Assembly (NCBI GenBank): GCA_963790015.1 | Contig: CAWBMW010000017.1 | Coordinates: forward strand, 14,252-78,251 | DNA length: 64,000 nt | Source: an uncultured Gammaproteobacteria bacterium | Lineage (GTDB): Bacteria > Pseudomonadota > Gammaproteobacteria > Steroidobacterales > GCA-2729495 | Direction: 5' to 3' | Shown here: in pieces, positions 38,797-48,970 of the stretch | Numbering within the stretch: position 1 is the stretch's first letter | Layout: every line of letters starts with the position of its first letter | The notes under the pieces: model-generated | What the model was told of the DNA's origin: nothing | The model's database searches: none | What the model saw: only the letters and a program-made list of their open reading frames with translations | Made by a program: the position numbers and the translations under genes

Positions 38797-39476
38797 CCGC
38801 CGTCCGGTGGACGCGGCATCCGGTAACCCTGTCCTCGCACCGTCTCGATGAGGCCGAGCGAGCGGTCCGGATCGAGCTTCTTGCGCAGGCGCGTCAGCAG
38901 GACCTCGACGACGTTGCTGTCGCGCTCGAAATCCTGGTCGTAGAGCTGGTCGGTGAGCTCCTGCTTGCTCACGACCCGCCCCGCGCGCATGACGAGCATC
39001 TCGAGCAGGCGGTACTCGTAGGCGGTGAGCGCCACGACGCGGCCCTGCACCCGCACTTCCCGGGCGTGGGTGTTCATCTCCAGCGGCCCCGCGCGCAGGA
39101 CCGGCTGCGCCTGGCCCGCCGTCCTGCGCAGCAGCGCGTTGATCCGGGCCTTGAGCTCATCCAGGTTGAAGGGCTTCACGACGTAGTCGTCGGCGCCCGC
39201 GTTGAGACCGTTGACCTTGTCCTGCCAGTGCTCGCGGGCCGTGAGGATCAGGATGGGGAACCCGGCGCCGCTGGCCCGCAGCCGCGTGATGAGCTCGACC
39301 CCGGAACGGTCCGGCAGCCCGAGGTCCACGATGCCGAGCTGCACGGCGAACTCCGAGGCGAAGTACTCGGCCTCGGCGGCGGTGGCTGCCTCGTCCACGG
39401 CGAAGCCGGCCGCACGCAGGCTGCCGGCCAGGGACTGGCGGAGCGCGGTGTCGTCTTCAACGATGAGCAGGCGCAT
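38793..39476 (-). CDS. OmpR/PhoB-family response regulator
   Basis: MRLLIVEDD...LGIVDLGLPD...LTAREHW plus a winged helix ending ...ETVRGQGYRM. Overlaps the kinase by 4 nt. Confidence 0.95.
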   Translation of the reverse strand: MRLLIVEDDTALRQSLAGSLRAAGFAVDEAATAAEAEYFASEFAVQLGIVDLGLPDRSGVELITRLRASGAGFPILILTAREHWQDKVNGLNAGADDYVVKPFNLDELKARINALLRRTAGQAQPVLRAGPLEMNTHAREVRVQGRVVALTAYEYRLLEMLVMRAGRVVSKQELTDQLYDQDFERDSNVVEVLLTRLRKKLDPDRSLGLIETVRGQGYRMPRPPDGG

Positions 39477-39499
39477 GCGGGCAGCTTACTCCCGGGGAA

Positions 39500-39790
39500 T
39501 CAGCGAATGGCGCCCGTCGCCGCGTCCACGCGGTACTCGCGCAGCCGGCCGTCGGGCGTCAGCACACGGACGCGATAGACGAGGCTCTGCCCCTCCAGCT
39601 TGCGGTCCACGCGCACCACCTTGCCATCGGTCTGCTCACGGACCAGGGCGACCGCCGTGTCCTCGGAAATGGCCTCGCCCGCCAGGGAGTCCTGGGCACG
39701 GGATGCCGGCACGTGGGACGCCAGGACCGCCAGCAGTGCCAGACAGGCGCTGGCGGCGAGGCGACGGAGGGCTGGAGGCATGGCGGGCAT
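39500..39790 (-). CDS. PepSY-domain periplasmic protein
   Basis: Signal MPAMPPALRRLAASACLALLAVLASHVPA. PepSY core is ISEDTAVALVREQTDGKVVRVDRKLEGQSLVYRVRVLTPDGRLREYRVDAATG. Start chosen at an internal Met. Confidence 0.75.
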   Translation of the reverse strand: MPAMPPALRRLAASACLALLAVLASHVPASRAQDSLAGEAISEDTAVALVREQTDGKVVRVDRKLEGQSLVYRVRVLTPDGRLREYRVDAATGAIR

Positions 39791-39875
39791 TGTCGAGGGT
39801 CGGTGACGTGGTGGCAATGGCGGACTCACTGTTTACCCTTCGGCACTGAACCCGCGCTGAAGGGCCGGCCAGGCC

Positions 39876-41363
39876 CTACCACTGCTGCCGCCACTCCAGG
39901 AACAGCCGCCAGTCCTCGTCCGTGGCGCCGGTGGACGGCGTGTCCCGCGACTCGAAGCCGAGGCCCGCGCGCAAGCGTGCCGACCGGCAGGCTGCGGCTG
40001 TGGACGAGCGAGGCGCCGACGTACTCCTGCTTGACCGGCGTCACGGTGTTGGCCGGGTCCGGCTCGCCCTCCCGGTTCAGGTCCCCGGCGCTGAGAGTCA
40101 GGGCCCAGCTGTGGTCGTCTGCATCGTTGAGCAGGACACCGAGGGACCAGATCTCCGCGTCGTTGTCGGCGGTGTGGCCGATGGCCCGGCCGCGGTACCG
40201 CATGCCGGTGGAGTAGATCGGGTGGTTGTAGGCGCAGTTGGGCAGCCCGGACCCGGTGATGTTGCCGCCGCAGAGCGTGTCGGCCACCTCGAGGTAGACC
40301 CGCAGGCTGCCGAGGTCCCCCGCCTGCCCCCAGGCCTCGAGGCCAATCTGGGTGAGGAACAGCGAGGGCAGGAAGTCGTCCTCGTCCTCGCCGATGCGCT
40401 GGGTGTAGACGGCCACGGGCACACCCAGGCCGCGCCGCGCTCAGGCGCATGTCGTAGCCGCCCAGCTGGTTGCCCGGCTCGTCCTCCGGGTCCACGTTGT
40501 CGCCGGCATTGTCGCGGCCGAGCAGGAGGTCGGTGAAGGTGTCGAAGTCGCAGGGGCGGCCGCTGCCGCACCACATGGCGGTGCGCGAGAGCCCGAACTC
40601 CAGGAAGCTGGCCGGGCGCACGGTCGTGCGCAGGCCGAAGTACCGCGCGTTGGGGATGTCGCGGCCGTCCTCCAGGAAGCCCCAGAGAGCCACCAGGTCC
40701 CAGTGGCCGATCCAGCGCAGCCATTTCGACTCGAAGGGTGCGGTGGAGTTGCGGTCGATCGTGAAGGCGGGAATCGGCCGGGCATTGTTCGACAGGATCA
40801 TGCTGCTCTGCCAGCCGGGGCCCCACCAGCGATCGGTCATGGCCGCGGCGACCATCCAGTTGCCGAGGGCGATGCCGGCATAGCTGCCATCCGCGCGCCA
40901 CTCGCGGTCATCCTCGGGATCGGCAGCGAACTGGCCCTGCAACCGGAGTGCCGCGCGTGCGCCGGTCCACTCGATGCCGAGCTCGACCTCGGCGGCCTCC
41001 CGCGGCGTCGCTTCGAAATCGCGCAGCGTGCGGCCTTCGGTGCCGCCGCTCAGCCGGGCGCTGGGGCGCCAGTCGCCCACCGCGCGCTCCGACCGGGCCA
41101 GGCGCACCAGGCGGGCCAGGGCGCCGGCCTCGGCGGGCGACAGGTCGACCGGCCGCGCGTCGCCGAACCGCCAGGATGTCGCCCCAGGACAGGGGCCACT
41201 GGGTGACGGGCCCCTTGATGATGCCGGCATCGGCCAGCAACTGGATGTCGTGGCGGAGTCCCGTGTTTCCCGGATCGACCCACGGACCCGCGTCGGCACG
41301 CGGGGCGGCCATGACCAGGATCAGGATCAGGAGGAGCGCCGGCGCCAGTGCAGGAATCCGCAT
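39876..41363 (-). CDS. wzi: capsule assembly protein Wzi (outer-membrane lectin/barrel); multiple frame breaks
   Basis: Signal MRIPALAPALLLILILVMAAPRADA. The pieces LRHDIQLLADAGIIKGPVTQWPLSWGDI, NNARPIPAFTIDRNSTAPFESKWLRWIGHWDL and RYFGLRTTVRPASFLEFGLSRTAMWCG are present. It ends ...LEWRQQW. Confidence 0.75.
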
Positions 41364-41450
41364 CGGCGGGGATGGTACGGAGCCGGGTCGCCCGGACGCA
41401 ACCCTCGCAGCGGCTGGCAAACGCCTGACCCATCCGGCAAGCTCCCCGCC

Positions 41451-42101
41451 ATGAACTCCCTCCAGCGACTCCTGGACAACAATCGCGCGTGGTCCGAACG
41501 GATCCGCCAGCAGGATCCCGACTTCTTCCCCAAGCTCGCGGCCCAGCAGGGGCCGGAGTATCTCTGGATCGGCTGCTCCGACAGCCGCGTGCCGGCCAAC
41601 CAGATCGTCGGCCTGCTGCCGGGCGAGGTCTTCGTGCACCGGAACGTGGCCAACGTGGTGGTGCACGCGGACCTGAACTGCCTGTCGGTGCTCCAGTTCG
41701 CCGTGGATGTCCTCAAGATCCGGCACGTCATCGTCTGCGGCCACTACGGCTGCGGCGGCGTGCGGGCCGCGTACCAGGACGAGCGGATGGGCCTCGTGGA
41801 CAACTGGCTCCGGCACGTGCAGGACGTGGCGCAGAAGCACCGCGTGGTTCTGGAGAGTGCGGGCTCGGTCGATGACCAGGTGAACCGGCTCTGCGAGCTG
41901 AACGTGCTGGAGCAGGTGGCCAACGTGTGCCAGACGACGGTGATCCAGGACGCCTGGGCCCGGGGCCAGGACGTCACGGTGCACGGCTGGATCTACGACC
42001 TGGCGGACGGGCTGATCCGGGACCTGAAGGTCAACTCGTCGAGTGCGGCGGAGTTCCAGCGGGTCTACCGGTCGGCCGAGAACGTTTACATAAGACGCTG
42101 A
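41451..42101 (+). CDS. can: beta-class carbonic anhydrase
   Basis: Near full-length similarity to E. coli Can (LWIGCSDSRVPANQI, FVHRNVANVV, LNCLSVLQFAVDVLKIRHVIVCGHYGCGGV). Confidence 0.9.
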   Translation: MNSLQRLLDNNRAWSERIRQQDPDFFPKLAAQQGPEYLWIGCSDSRVPANQIVGLLPGEVFVHRNVANVVVHADLNCLSVLQFAVDVLKIRHVIVCGHYGCGGVRAAYQDERMGLVDNWLRHVQDVAQKHRVVLESAGSVDDQVNRLCELNVLEQVANVCQTTVIQDAWARGQDVTVHGWIYDLADGLIRDLKVNSSSAAEFQRVYRSAENVYIRR

Positions 42102-42188
42102 TTCGCTTAGATTACCGATCAAGGCAGGGGACCCGACGGAACGGGCCCTGATTCATCCCGTCAAGTTCGTCCCGTCAAGGAGGACACC

Positions 42189-43022
42189 ATGACCCGAATG
42201 CTCTCCCCGTTCACCACCGTCGTCCGGACCGTCGCGCTGCTTGCTGTCGCCACGCTGGGCGCTTCCCTCACCGCCCAGGCCGCCGAAGACCTGGACCGCC
42301 GGGTACAGACCGCCACCTGGGTGCTGCAGGACCTGCAGAAGATCCCCGAACAAGCCATCCCGCCCAACCTGCTGAACAGCGCCTACGCGGTCGCCGTGCT
42401 CCCGAATGTCCTCAAGGGCGGCTTCATCCTCGGCGGCAGCTACGGCAAGGGCGTGTTGCTGGTCCGGCAGTCCGACGGCGCCTGGAGCAATCCGTCGTTC
42501 ATCACGCTCACCAACTTCGGGATAGGCTTCCAGGCCGGTGCCCAGGGCGCGGACCTGGTGCTGGTGTTCAAGACCCGTCGCGGCGTGGACAACATCGCCC
42601 GCGGCAAGTTCACGCTCGGCGGCAGCGCGTCGGCATCTGCCGGCCCCGTGGGCCGCACCGCGCTCGCTATGACCGACGGCGAGTTCAAGGCGGAGATCTA
42701 CACCTACGCCCGCAGCCGCGGCCTCTTCGCCGGCGTGTCGCTGGACGGTGGCACCATCACCATCGACCAGGAGGCCAACGCCCGCTGGTATGCCGGTGCC
42801 CAGGACACGAGCGCCAACACGATCTTCACCGATCGCAGCCTGGCGGCGCCGGCAGCCGGTCAGGAACTGGTGGCGACACTTGGCACCATGGCCCCGCAGG
42901 TGAACTGGAAGGACGCCGCCCTCGCCAGCCAGCCGCCGGCAGAGGCCCCGCCCGCCGAGACCGGCAGCAAGACCTACGCCATCGAGGACGGCGCCCAGCC
43001 TGCGCCCGAAACGAAGTTCTGA
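42189..43022 (+). CDS. SYLF (DUF500/Ysc84-like) lipid-binding domain protein, secreted
   Basis: Signal peptide plus AVAVLPNVLKGGFILGGSYGKGVLL...FGIGFQAGAQGADLVLVF...FTLGGSASASAGPVGR. Confidence 0.8.
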   Translation: MTRMLSPFTTVVRTVALLAVATLGASLTAQAAEDLDRRVQTATWVLQDLQKIPEQAIPPNLLNSAYAVAVLPNVLKGGFILGGSYGKGVLLVRQSDGAWSNPSFITLTNFGIGFQAGAQGADLVLVFKTRRGVDNIARGKFTLGGSASASAGPVGRTALAMTDGEFKAEIYTYARSRGLFAGVSLDGGTITIDQEANARWYAGAQDTSANTIFTDRSLAAPAAGQELVATLGTMAPQVNWKDAALASQPPAEAPPAETGSKTYAIEDGAQPAPETKF

Positions 43023-43027
43023 GCGTT

Positions 43028-43078
43028 GTAGGAGCGCCTTCAGGCGCGAATAGTGATCGCGCCTGAAGGCGCTCCTAC
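43028..43078. repeat. GTAG-type REP, short 51-bp hairpin between convergent genes
   Basis: GTAGGAGCGCCTTCAGGCGCGA-atagtga-TCGCGCCTGAAGGCGCTCCTAC. Confidence 0.9.
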
Positions 43079-43542
43079 AAGGCCGGTACCATTTCCGGGA
43101 GGATCGTGACGGCGGTCTTCACGGAGTTGGCGATGAAGCAGCCCCGGTGGGCCTTGTCGTGCAGCTTGCCGTGATCCTCGACTGACAGCGCCGTGCCCGG
43201 CGCGAAGCGCACCCGGGGCCGGAGCTCCACCCGCGTGACGGCCAGCCGGCCCTCCGCGTCCGGTTCCAGCCAGCCCTGCGCAGAGTCCGTGTACTCCAGC
43301 ACCACCAGCCGCCGGCGGGCCGCGATCGCCAGGAAGGTCAGCATGTGGCAGCTGGCGAGCGCCGCCACCAGGGCATCCTCCGGGTCCATCAGGTCCGCGT
43401 TCCCCTGGTAGGCCGGCGCCGACGACGCCGGCACGGTCAGCCGCCCTTCCTTCACCGTCCAGGTGTGGTCCCGGCTGAAGTGGTCGTAGTCCAGCGTGGC
43501 ACCGCTGTTCTGCCAGCGGATGGTGGCGCGATGCTCGGACAT
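43075..43542 (-). CDS. OsmC/Ohr-family peroxiredoxin-like protein
   Basis: PEDALVAALASCHMLTF...KAHRGCFIANS (two conserved Cys). The TAG stop lies inside a REP. Confidence 0.85.
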   Translation of the reverse strand: MSEHRATIRWQNSGATLDYDHFSRDHTWTVKEGRLTVPASSAPAYQGNADLMDPEDALVAALASCHMLTFLAIAARRRLVVLEYTDSAQGWLEPDAEGRLAVTRVELRPRVRFAPGTALSVEDHGKLHDKAHRGCFIANSVKTAVTILPEMVPAL

Positions 43543-43606
43543 GGGCGTTCCCGGTGTGACTGGGGTCCGCTATGATCCTGCGCCTCCACCTCCTTCGGCA
43601 ACCCGC

Positions 43607-43856
43607 ATGGAACTCAGCAACCCGCACAATCTCCGCACCCCGGCGCCCGAGCCCGCCGCGCTGCGCTACGGGATTCGCGTGACGATGCCCCCCAACGACC
43701 CGCTGCGGCGGCGTGCTGGGCAACGACTGGCAGAAGGAGCACTGGTTCGTCACCCGCGAGGAGCGCGACGAGACGCTCCGGGACATGGCCAGCCGCCACG
43801 CTTTCAGCCGAATCGGCGACACGCCCAGCATCCGGCTCGAGTCGCTCGAGCGCTAG
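43607..43856 (+). CDS. small hypothetical protein; one frame break ~43705
   Basis: MELSNPHNLRTPAPEPAALRYGIRVT... continues as ...VLGNDWQKEHWFVTREERDETLRDMASRHAFSRIGDTPSIRLESLER. Confidence 0.35.
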
Positions 43857-45941
43857 TGCGCCGCGCCGTCCTGCTGCTCGCGCCGGGCGCTGCTCGGCGC
43901 ACCGTCCGTGCCGGAGGCCGCCCCGCGCAACCTGCCGGACGAGATCATCGTCACCGCCACGCGCTATCCCACGCCCGCCCTCGAGTTCGCCGGCAACACC
44001 GCCCGCGTCGACGCCGACCGCATCGACCTGCTCAACGCCACGCACATCCACGAGGTCGGCACGCAGGTCCCCGGCGTGTGGCTCTCCCGCGGCAGCGGCC
44101 AGGAGCACCTCACCGCGATCCGCTCGCCGGTGCTCACCGGCCCCGGCTCCTGCGGCAGCTTCCTGATCCTGGAGGACGGCATCGCCGATCCGCCCCACGG
44201 GCTTCTGCAACGTCAACGAACTGTTCGAGCTGCCCTCCGAGCAGGCCACGGCGATCGAGGTGATCCGCGGTCCGGGCACGGCGCTGTACGGCTCCAACGC
44301 CGTCCACGGCACGCTCAACGTGCTGCTGCCGGAGCCGGGCGGGCGCGGGATCGCGGTGAGCGGCGAGTCGGGGCCGAATCGCTTCGTCCGCGGCAAGATC
44401 CTCGTGAGCACACCCGGCGGCAACGCCGGCACCACCGGCGACGACTCCGGCTTCATCGGCGGCCTGCTGTTCGATCACGACGGCGGCTTCCGCGACGAGT
44501 CCGACTACCGGCAGGCCAAGGGCTTCCTCAAGTACGCGACGAGCCTGGCTGCCGGCCACCTGGAACTCGGCTTCAGCGGCAACGTGCTGGACCAGGAGAC
44601 GGCCGGCTTCATCCTCGGCGAGGACAGCCTACCGGGACGAGGCCATCCGCCTCACCAACCCCAACCCGGAGTCCTACCGGGACGCCAACGCCCAGCGCCT
44701 CAGCGCCCGCTGGCAGCCGGCGGCGAACACGGCCGACAGCGGCTGGGACGTCATCGGCTTCCTCCGCCGCTCCGACATGGATTTCCTCCAGCACTTCCTG
44801 CTCGGCCAGCCCACCGAGAAGAACGGCCAGACCAGCGGCGGCGTGACGCTGCTCCGCTACTTCGCCACCGGCAACGGCCCGCGTCACCGCCGGCTTCGAC
44901 GTGGAGATCGCCAGCGGCTACCTGGAGGAGTTCCAGTCGAACCCGGAGATCGGCAACCCGCCCCGCCCGGCGGGCCTGCACTACGACTACGACGCCTGGC
45001 AGTGGCTCGCCTCGCCCTACGCCCAGGCCGAGTACCCGCTCGACGAGCGCCTGACGCTCACCGGCGGCCTGCGGCTGCGAATGGCTGCGCTACGACTACG
45101 ACAACAACATGCTCGCCGGCAACACCCGGGACGACGGCACGCCCTGCACGCCCGACTGCCTCTTCAACCGGCCCGCCGACCGCAGCGACAGCTTCACCAA
45201 CGTCGCACCCAACATCGGCATCAACTACCGGCCCGGCGGAGCACACGGCCGTCTACGCGACGCTGACCCGCGGCTTCCGCGCGCCGCAGGCAGCCGAGCT
45301 CTACCGCCTGCAGGCGGGGCAGGACGCGGCGGACCTGGACGCGGAGTCCATCGACAGCCTGGAGGTCGGCTGGCGCTGGCAGTCGCCCCACCTGCAGGTG
45401 GAGTCGGCCGCCTTCGCCATGCGCAAGGAGGACTACGTCCTGCAGGACTCCAACCGCTTCAACGTGAGCAACGGCGAGAGCGAGCACGTGGGTGTGGAGA
45501 CTCGGCGTGGACCTGCAGCAGCGACCTGGGGCTGTACGCCTCGCTGGCCGCCACCTGGGCTAAGCAGACCTACGCCTTCAGCCAGGTGGTCACCGGCGGC
45601 GAGACCATCACCGACGGCAACGACATCGACACCGCGCCCCGCACCCTCGGCAGCCTGCGCCTGGGCTGGACCGGCGATTTCCTGCTGGCCGAGGCGGAGT
45701 GGGTGCACCAGGGCGAGTACTACCTCGACCGCCCAGGAACTCCAGGACTACCCCGGCCACGACCTGCTGAACCTGCGCGCCTCCTGGGCCGTGACGCCGA
45801 ACTGGACCACGACAGCTACGCATGAACAACGTGACGGACGAGCGCTACGCCGACCGCGCCGACTTCGCCTTCGGCGATTACCGCTACTTCCCGGGCCGCG
45901 ACCGCGAGCTCTTCTTCGAGATCGCCTGGCAGTCCCCGTAG
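43856..45941 (+). CDS. TonB-dependent outer-membrane receptor; heavily frame-broken (at least 8 breaks)
   Basis: The plug region is DEIIVTATRYP...IDLLNATHIHEVGTQVPGVWLSRGSGQEHLTAIRSP and IEVIRGPGTALYGSNAVHGTLNV. Barrel segments are present, and the C-terminus is ...RYFPGRDRELFFEIAWQSP. The TAG stop lies in a REP. Confidence 0.8.
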
Positions 45942-46098
45942 GAGCGCGTTCACGCGCGACCTGCCGCGGCCCGTGGCCCGCGGCATCGCGGCCGACAATC
46001 TCTTTGGCTACCGTGAGTACACGGTGAGCGCCAAAGAGATTCTCGTCCACGCTGCCGCTCTGCCGGAGCCGTCCGGTCGCGCGTGAACGCGCTCCTAC
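45938..46098. repeat. GTAG-type REP pair (arms GTAGGAGCGCGTTCACGCGCGAC / inverse) enclosing a 115-bp core with its own inverted repeat
   Basis: Arms at 45938-45960 and 46076-46098, with an inner palindrome CAATCTCTTTGGC...GCCAAAGAGATT. It supplies the TAG stops of both convergent genes. Confidence 0.75.
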
Positions 46099-48245
46099 GG
46101 GGACGACCAGTTCGTCCAGTCCTGGCGGTTCGCGGCCACGTGGAACAGCGCCGCGATGACGCGGCGGTCGTACTGGGTGCCGGCGCCGCGGAGGAGTTCC
46201 TCCAGCGCGGCCTCGATGGACACGCCCTGCCGGTAGGCGCGCACGCTCACCAGCGCCACGAAGGCGTTGGCGACGGAGAGGATCCGGCCGGAGAGCGTCA
46301 TCTCCTGGTCCGCCGAGGCCCCGCGGGTAGCCGCTGCCGTCGAGCAGTTCCTGCTTCTGGGCGATCACGTCGAGCACGGGCCCCTCGAAGTCGAGGCCCT
46401 TCAGCAGCTCGAGGCTGTAAGTCCACGTGCCGGCGGAGCAGCTCCCGGTCGGCGGGTGTCAGCGGCTCCGTCTTCGTGAGCAGGTCGCCGGGCAGCATGA
46501 TCTTGCCGATGTTGGCAAGCGTGGCGGCGAGCCCGAGGGTCTCCCGCTCCTCCTCGGGCAGCCCGAGCTCCCGGGCCACCGCCTGGGCCACCTCCGCCAT
46601 GCGGCTGGCGTGGTGGGCGGAGTACGGGTCGTGCAGGGCCACCGCGTCCGAGAGCTTCCCCACGAGTTCACGCAGCAGGTCCGCGTGCTCCTGCTCGGCC
46701 ACCTTCAGCTCCGTGACGTCGCTCATCACCAGCAGCACGAGCTGGCGCCGCTCGCCGATGCGCTCCACGGGAATGAGGCTCACCTGGAAGCTCTTCAGCG
46801 CGCCGCCGATGGTGAGCGGCAGCACCCGGTGCAGCGGCAGGCGCTGGCGGCGCACGTCGTCGCCGAGGTCGCCGAGGAGGACCGCCGTCGCGTGACCGAA
46901 GATGCCGGAGAGCTGCCCGCCGATCATCGAGGCGATGCTGCTCCTCGCGGCGCTGGCCGTGGCCTGGTTGGTGAAGATCACGTGCTGGTCCCGGTCGACG
47001 AGGACGGTGAGCACGTCGAGGTTGTCGGTGATCGTGTGGAGCAGGTCGGTCTGACGCTGGAGCTTCGCGGCCTTCTCGCGCAGCTCGTCGGCCTGGTGGC
47101 GCGCCCGCACGCTGCTGCCGTGGCGCCAGGCGGCCACCGCCAGCGCAGCGATGGCGACCAGGAGCAGGGAGAGCGTGGCCAGCAGGAATGCGCGCCGCTC
47201 GTTGGCGCCGGCCAGCGCCTCCCCGGCGTTCACCTGCTGCGCGAGGACCCACCCCTGGCCTTCCCTGCGCTGCCCGTCGGTCGCCTGCCCGCGGATCCGC
47301 CGGCTCACCTGCAGCACGGGCGTGCCCCGGTAGTTGTCGAGGGCGGCGAACCGGTCCGGCGCCAGCACGGCCGAGACCTCGGCGAGTTCCGCATCGGCCG
47401 CCGGCCGCTCGAGGGGCACGCTGCGCCGGAGGGCATTGGCGCCCTCCCGGGTGGGCGACAGGAAGAGCACGCTGTCTTCCCGGCGGGCCAGCAGCAGCGT
47501 TTCGCTGTCCTCGGCAAAGGCCGGGCCGCGGCCGAGCAGCGGGAACAGTTCCTGGTCCGCGCTGCGCACGCCGAGGATCACGCCGGCGGGCCCGCTGCCC
47601 GGCGCACCGCCCGGCTGCAGCGCGCCGGACACCGCGCTGACCGGCACGGCGATCACCAGCATGGCCCGGTCGTCGGGTCCGAGCACCAGGTCCACCACCG
47701 TCCGGGCCGGCGTGGCCAGGGCGCGCCGCGCCACGTCGCTGTAGTGGCCAGCACCCGGGCGACGCTGCTGCCGAGGCCGGGCGTGACCACCACGGCATTG
47801 AGTTCCGCATCGAACAGGGCCAGGCCCGACGTCGCCGCGCGCGGCACGTTGGCCGGCACGCGGCCGCTCGCATCCGGCAGGTAGCCGCCCCGCTCCGCCG
47901 CCGCCAGGATCAGGTTGCGCAGGTAGGCCTGCTGGGCAGGCTCGGCCGCCGCCGCGTCGGCCTGGCGCGCCTTCACCACCTGCCAGAGGTAGAGCTGCAG
48001 CGACGCGTTGCGCGCGAGCTCCTCCAGCTCCCGGCGATCCGCCGCCAGCAGCCGCGCGACGGCATCCGCCTTGGCGTCGGCCACGAGGCCCAGCCGTGAC
48101 TCCCACTGCAGCAGGTCCCGCTGCCGTTCGCCTTCTATATAGACGTTGATGAGCAGCGCGCCGAGGCCGATCAGCCCGAGCAGCGCCAGCCACCGCGATC
48201 GCGACGGGGGAGAGACAGCGGGCGCCTGGGGACGGACGCGCTCAT
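46095..48245 (-). CDS. membrane signalling protein: TM / ~330-aa periplasmic domain / TM / PAS-like / degenerate HD-GYP domain (AN...KQE...GYP); multiple frame breaks
   Basis: TM1 WLALLGLIGLGALLINVYI and TM2 AFLLATLSLLLVAIAALAVAAW. The HD-GYP-type region is HDPYSAHHASRMAEVAQAVA...LAATLANIGKIMLPGDLL...IAQKQELLDGSGYPRGL...ILSVANAFVAL. The ATGA overlaps the BTLCP stop. Confidence 0.8.
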
Positions 48246-48943
48246 GTGGGCGGCAGGTGGATCCACCAGCGGGACTCGTTGAGCGAGAAGACCGGCACGT
48301 AGTGCACGACGTCCCGGTCCGACAGGACCGCCTGCACCTGGTTGTCCAGGATCAGGGTCTCCCGCCCGCGGGCCACCGCCAGGACGGCGTGGGGCACGCG
48401 CAGGTTGGTGTCCTGCACGACGACCAGGCGCAGCTCGTCCGCCGGATAGCCGAGCCAGAGCAGCGAGAACAGCTTGGTGATCACGTAGTCCTCGCAGTCG
48501 CCGCCGCTGCCGAGGAACTCGCGGGGGATCGCCCAGTAGTCCTCGATGCCGTAGTTGTCGATGTCGAGCACGTACTCCCGGGTGTTGGCGAAGCGGTTCA
48601 CGGCCCTGAGCTGGTCGGCCACCGGCAGGTTCCGCGCCTCGTCGAGAAAGCGGCGCCACTCGGCCAGGTGGCAGCGGTTGAACACCCGGGCCGTGCAGTC
48701 GCCCCCGCCGGGGCCGTCCCTGAGATCGTCTTTCAGGTGGCGTTCAAGGACCCGCAGCCACTGTGGGAAATCGGCAATCTGCTCCTGGGGCAGTTGCCGG
48801 TAGCCGAAGAGCTCCGCCGGAAAGGCCGCCGCGCCCGCAGACGCCAGACATAAGCACAGACTGGCCAGGATCGGCGCCGGGGCACGACCGTTCAGCGACG
48901 GGGTCGGTGGTGTGTTGATGCGGGGTGTAGTAATTTTGCGCAA
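48242..48943 (-). CDS. bacterial transglutaminase-like cysteine proteinase (BTLCP, LapG family, Peptidase_C93)
   Basis: Intact. Signal-like ILASLCLCLASAGAAAF. The catalytic Cys context is GGDCEDYVITKLFSLLWLG, with downstream VPHAVLAV and LILDNQ (His/Asp). Confidence 0.85.
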   Translation of the reverse strand: MRKITTPRINTPPTPSLNGRAPAPILASLCLCLASAGAAAFPAELFGYRQLPQEQIADFPQWLRVLERHLKDDLRDGPGGGDCTARVFNRCHLAEWRRFLDEARNLPVADQLRAVNRFANTREYVLDIDNYGIEDYWAIPREFLGSGGDCEDYVITKLFSLLWLGYPADELRLVVVQDTNLRVPHAVLAVARGRETLILDNQVQAVLSDRDVVHYVPVFSLNESRWWIHLPPT

Positions 48944-48970
48944 GGCCTCGAAACTACAACAAAAAGGCTT

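Noticed and set aside
37330-38826. 498-aa '+' ORF
   Set aside because: It is antisense to an intact PhoQ-like kinase and begins inside the 113-bp hairpin.
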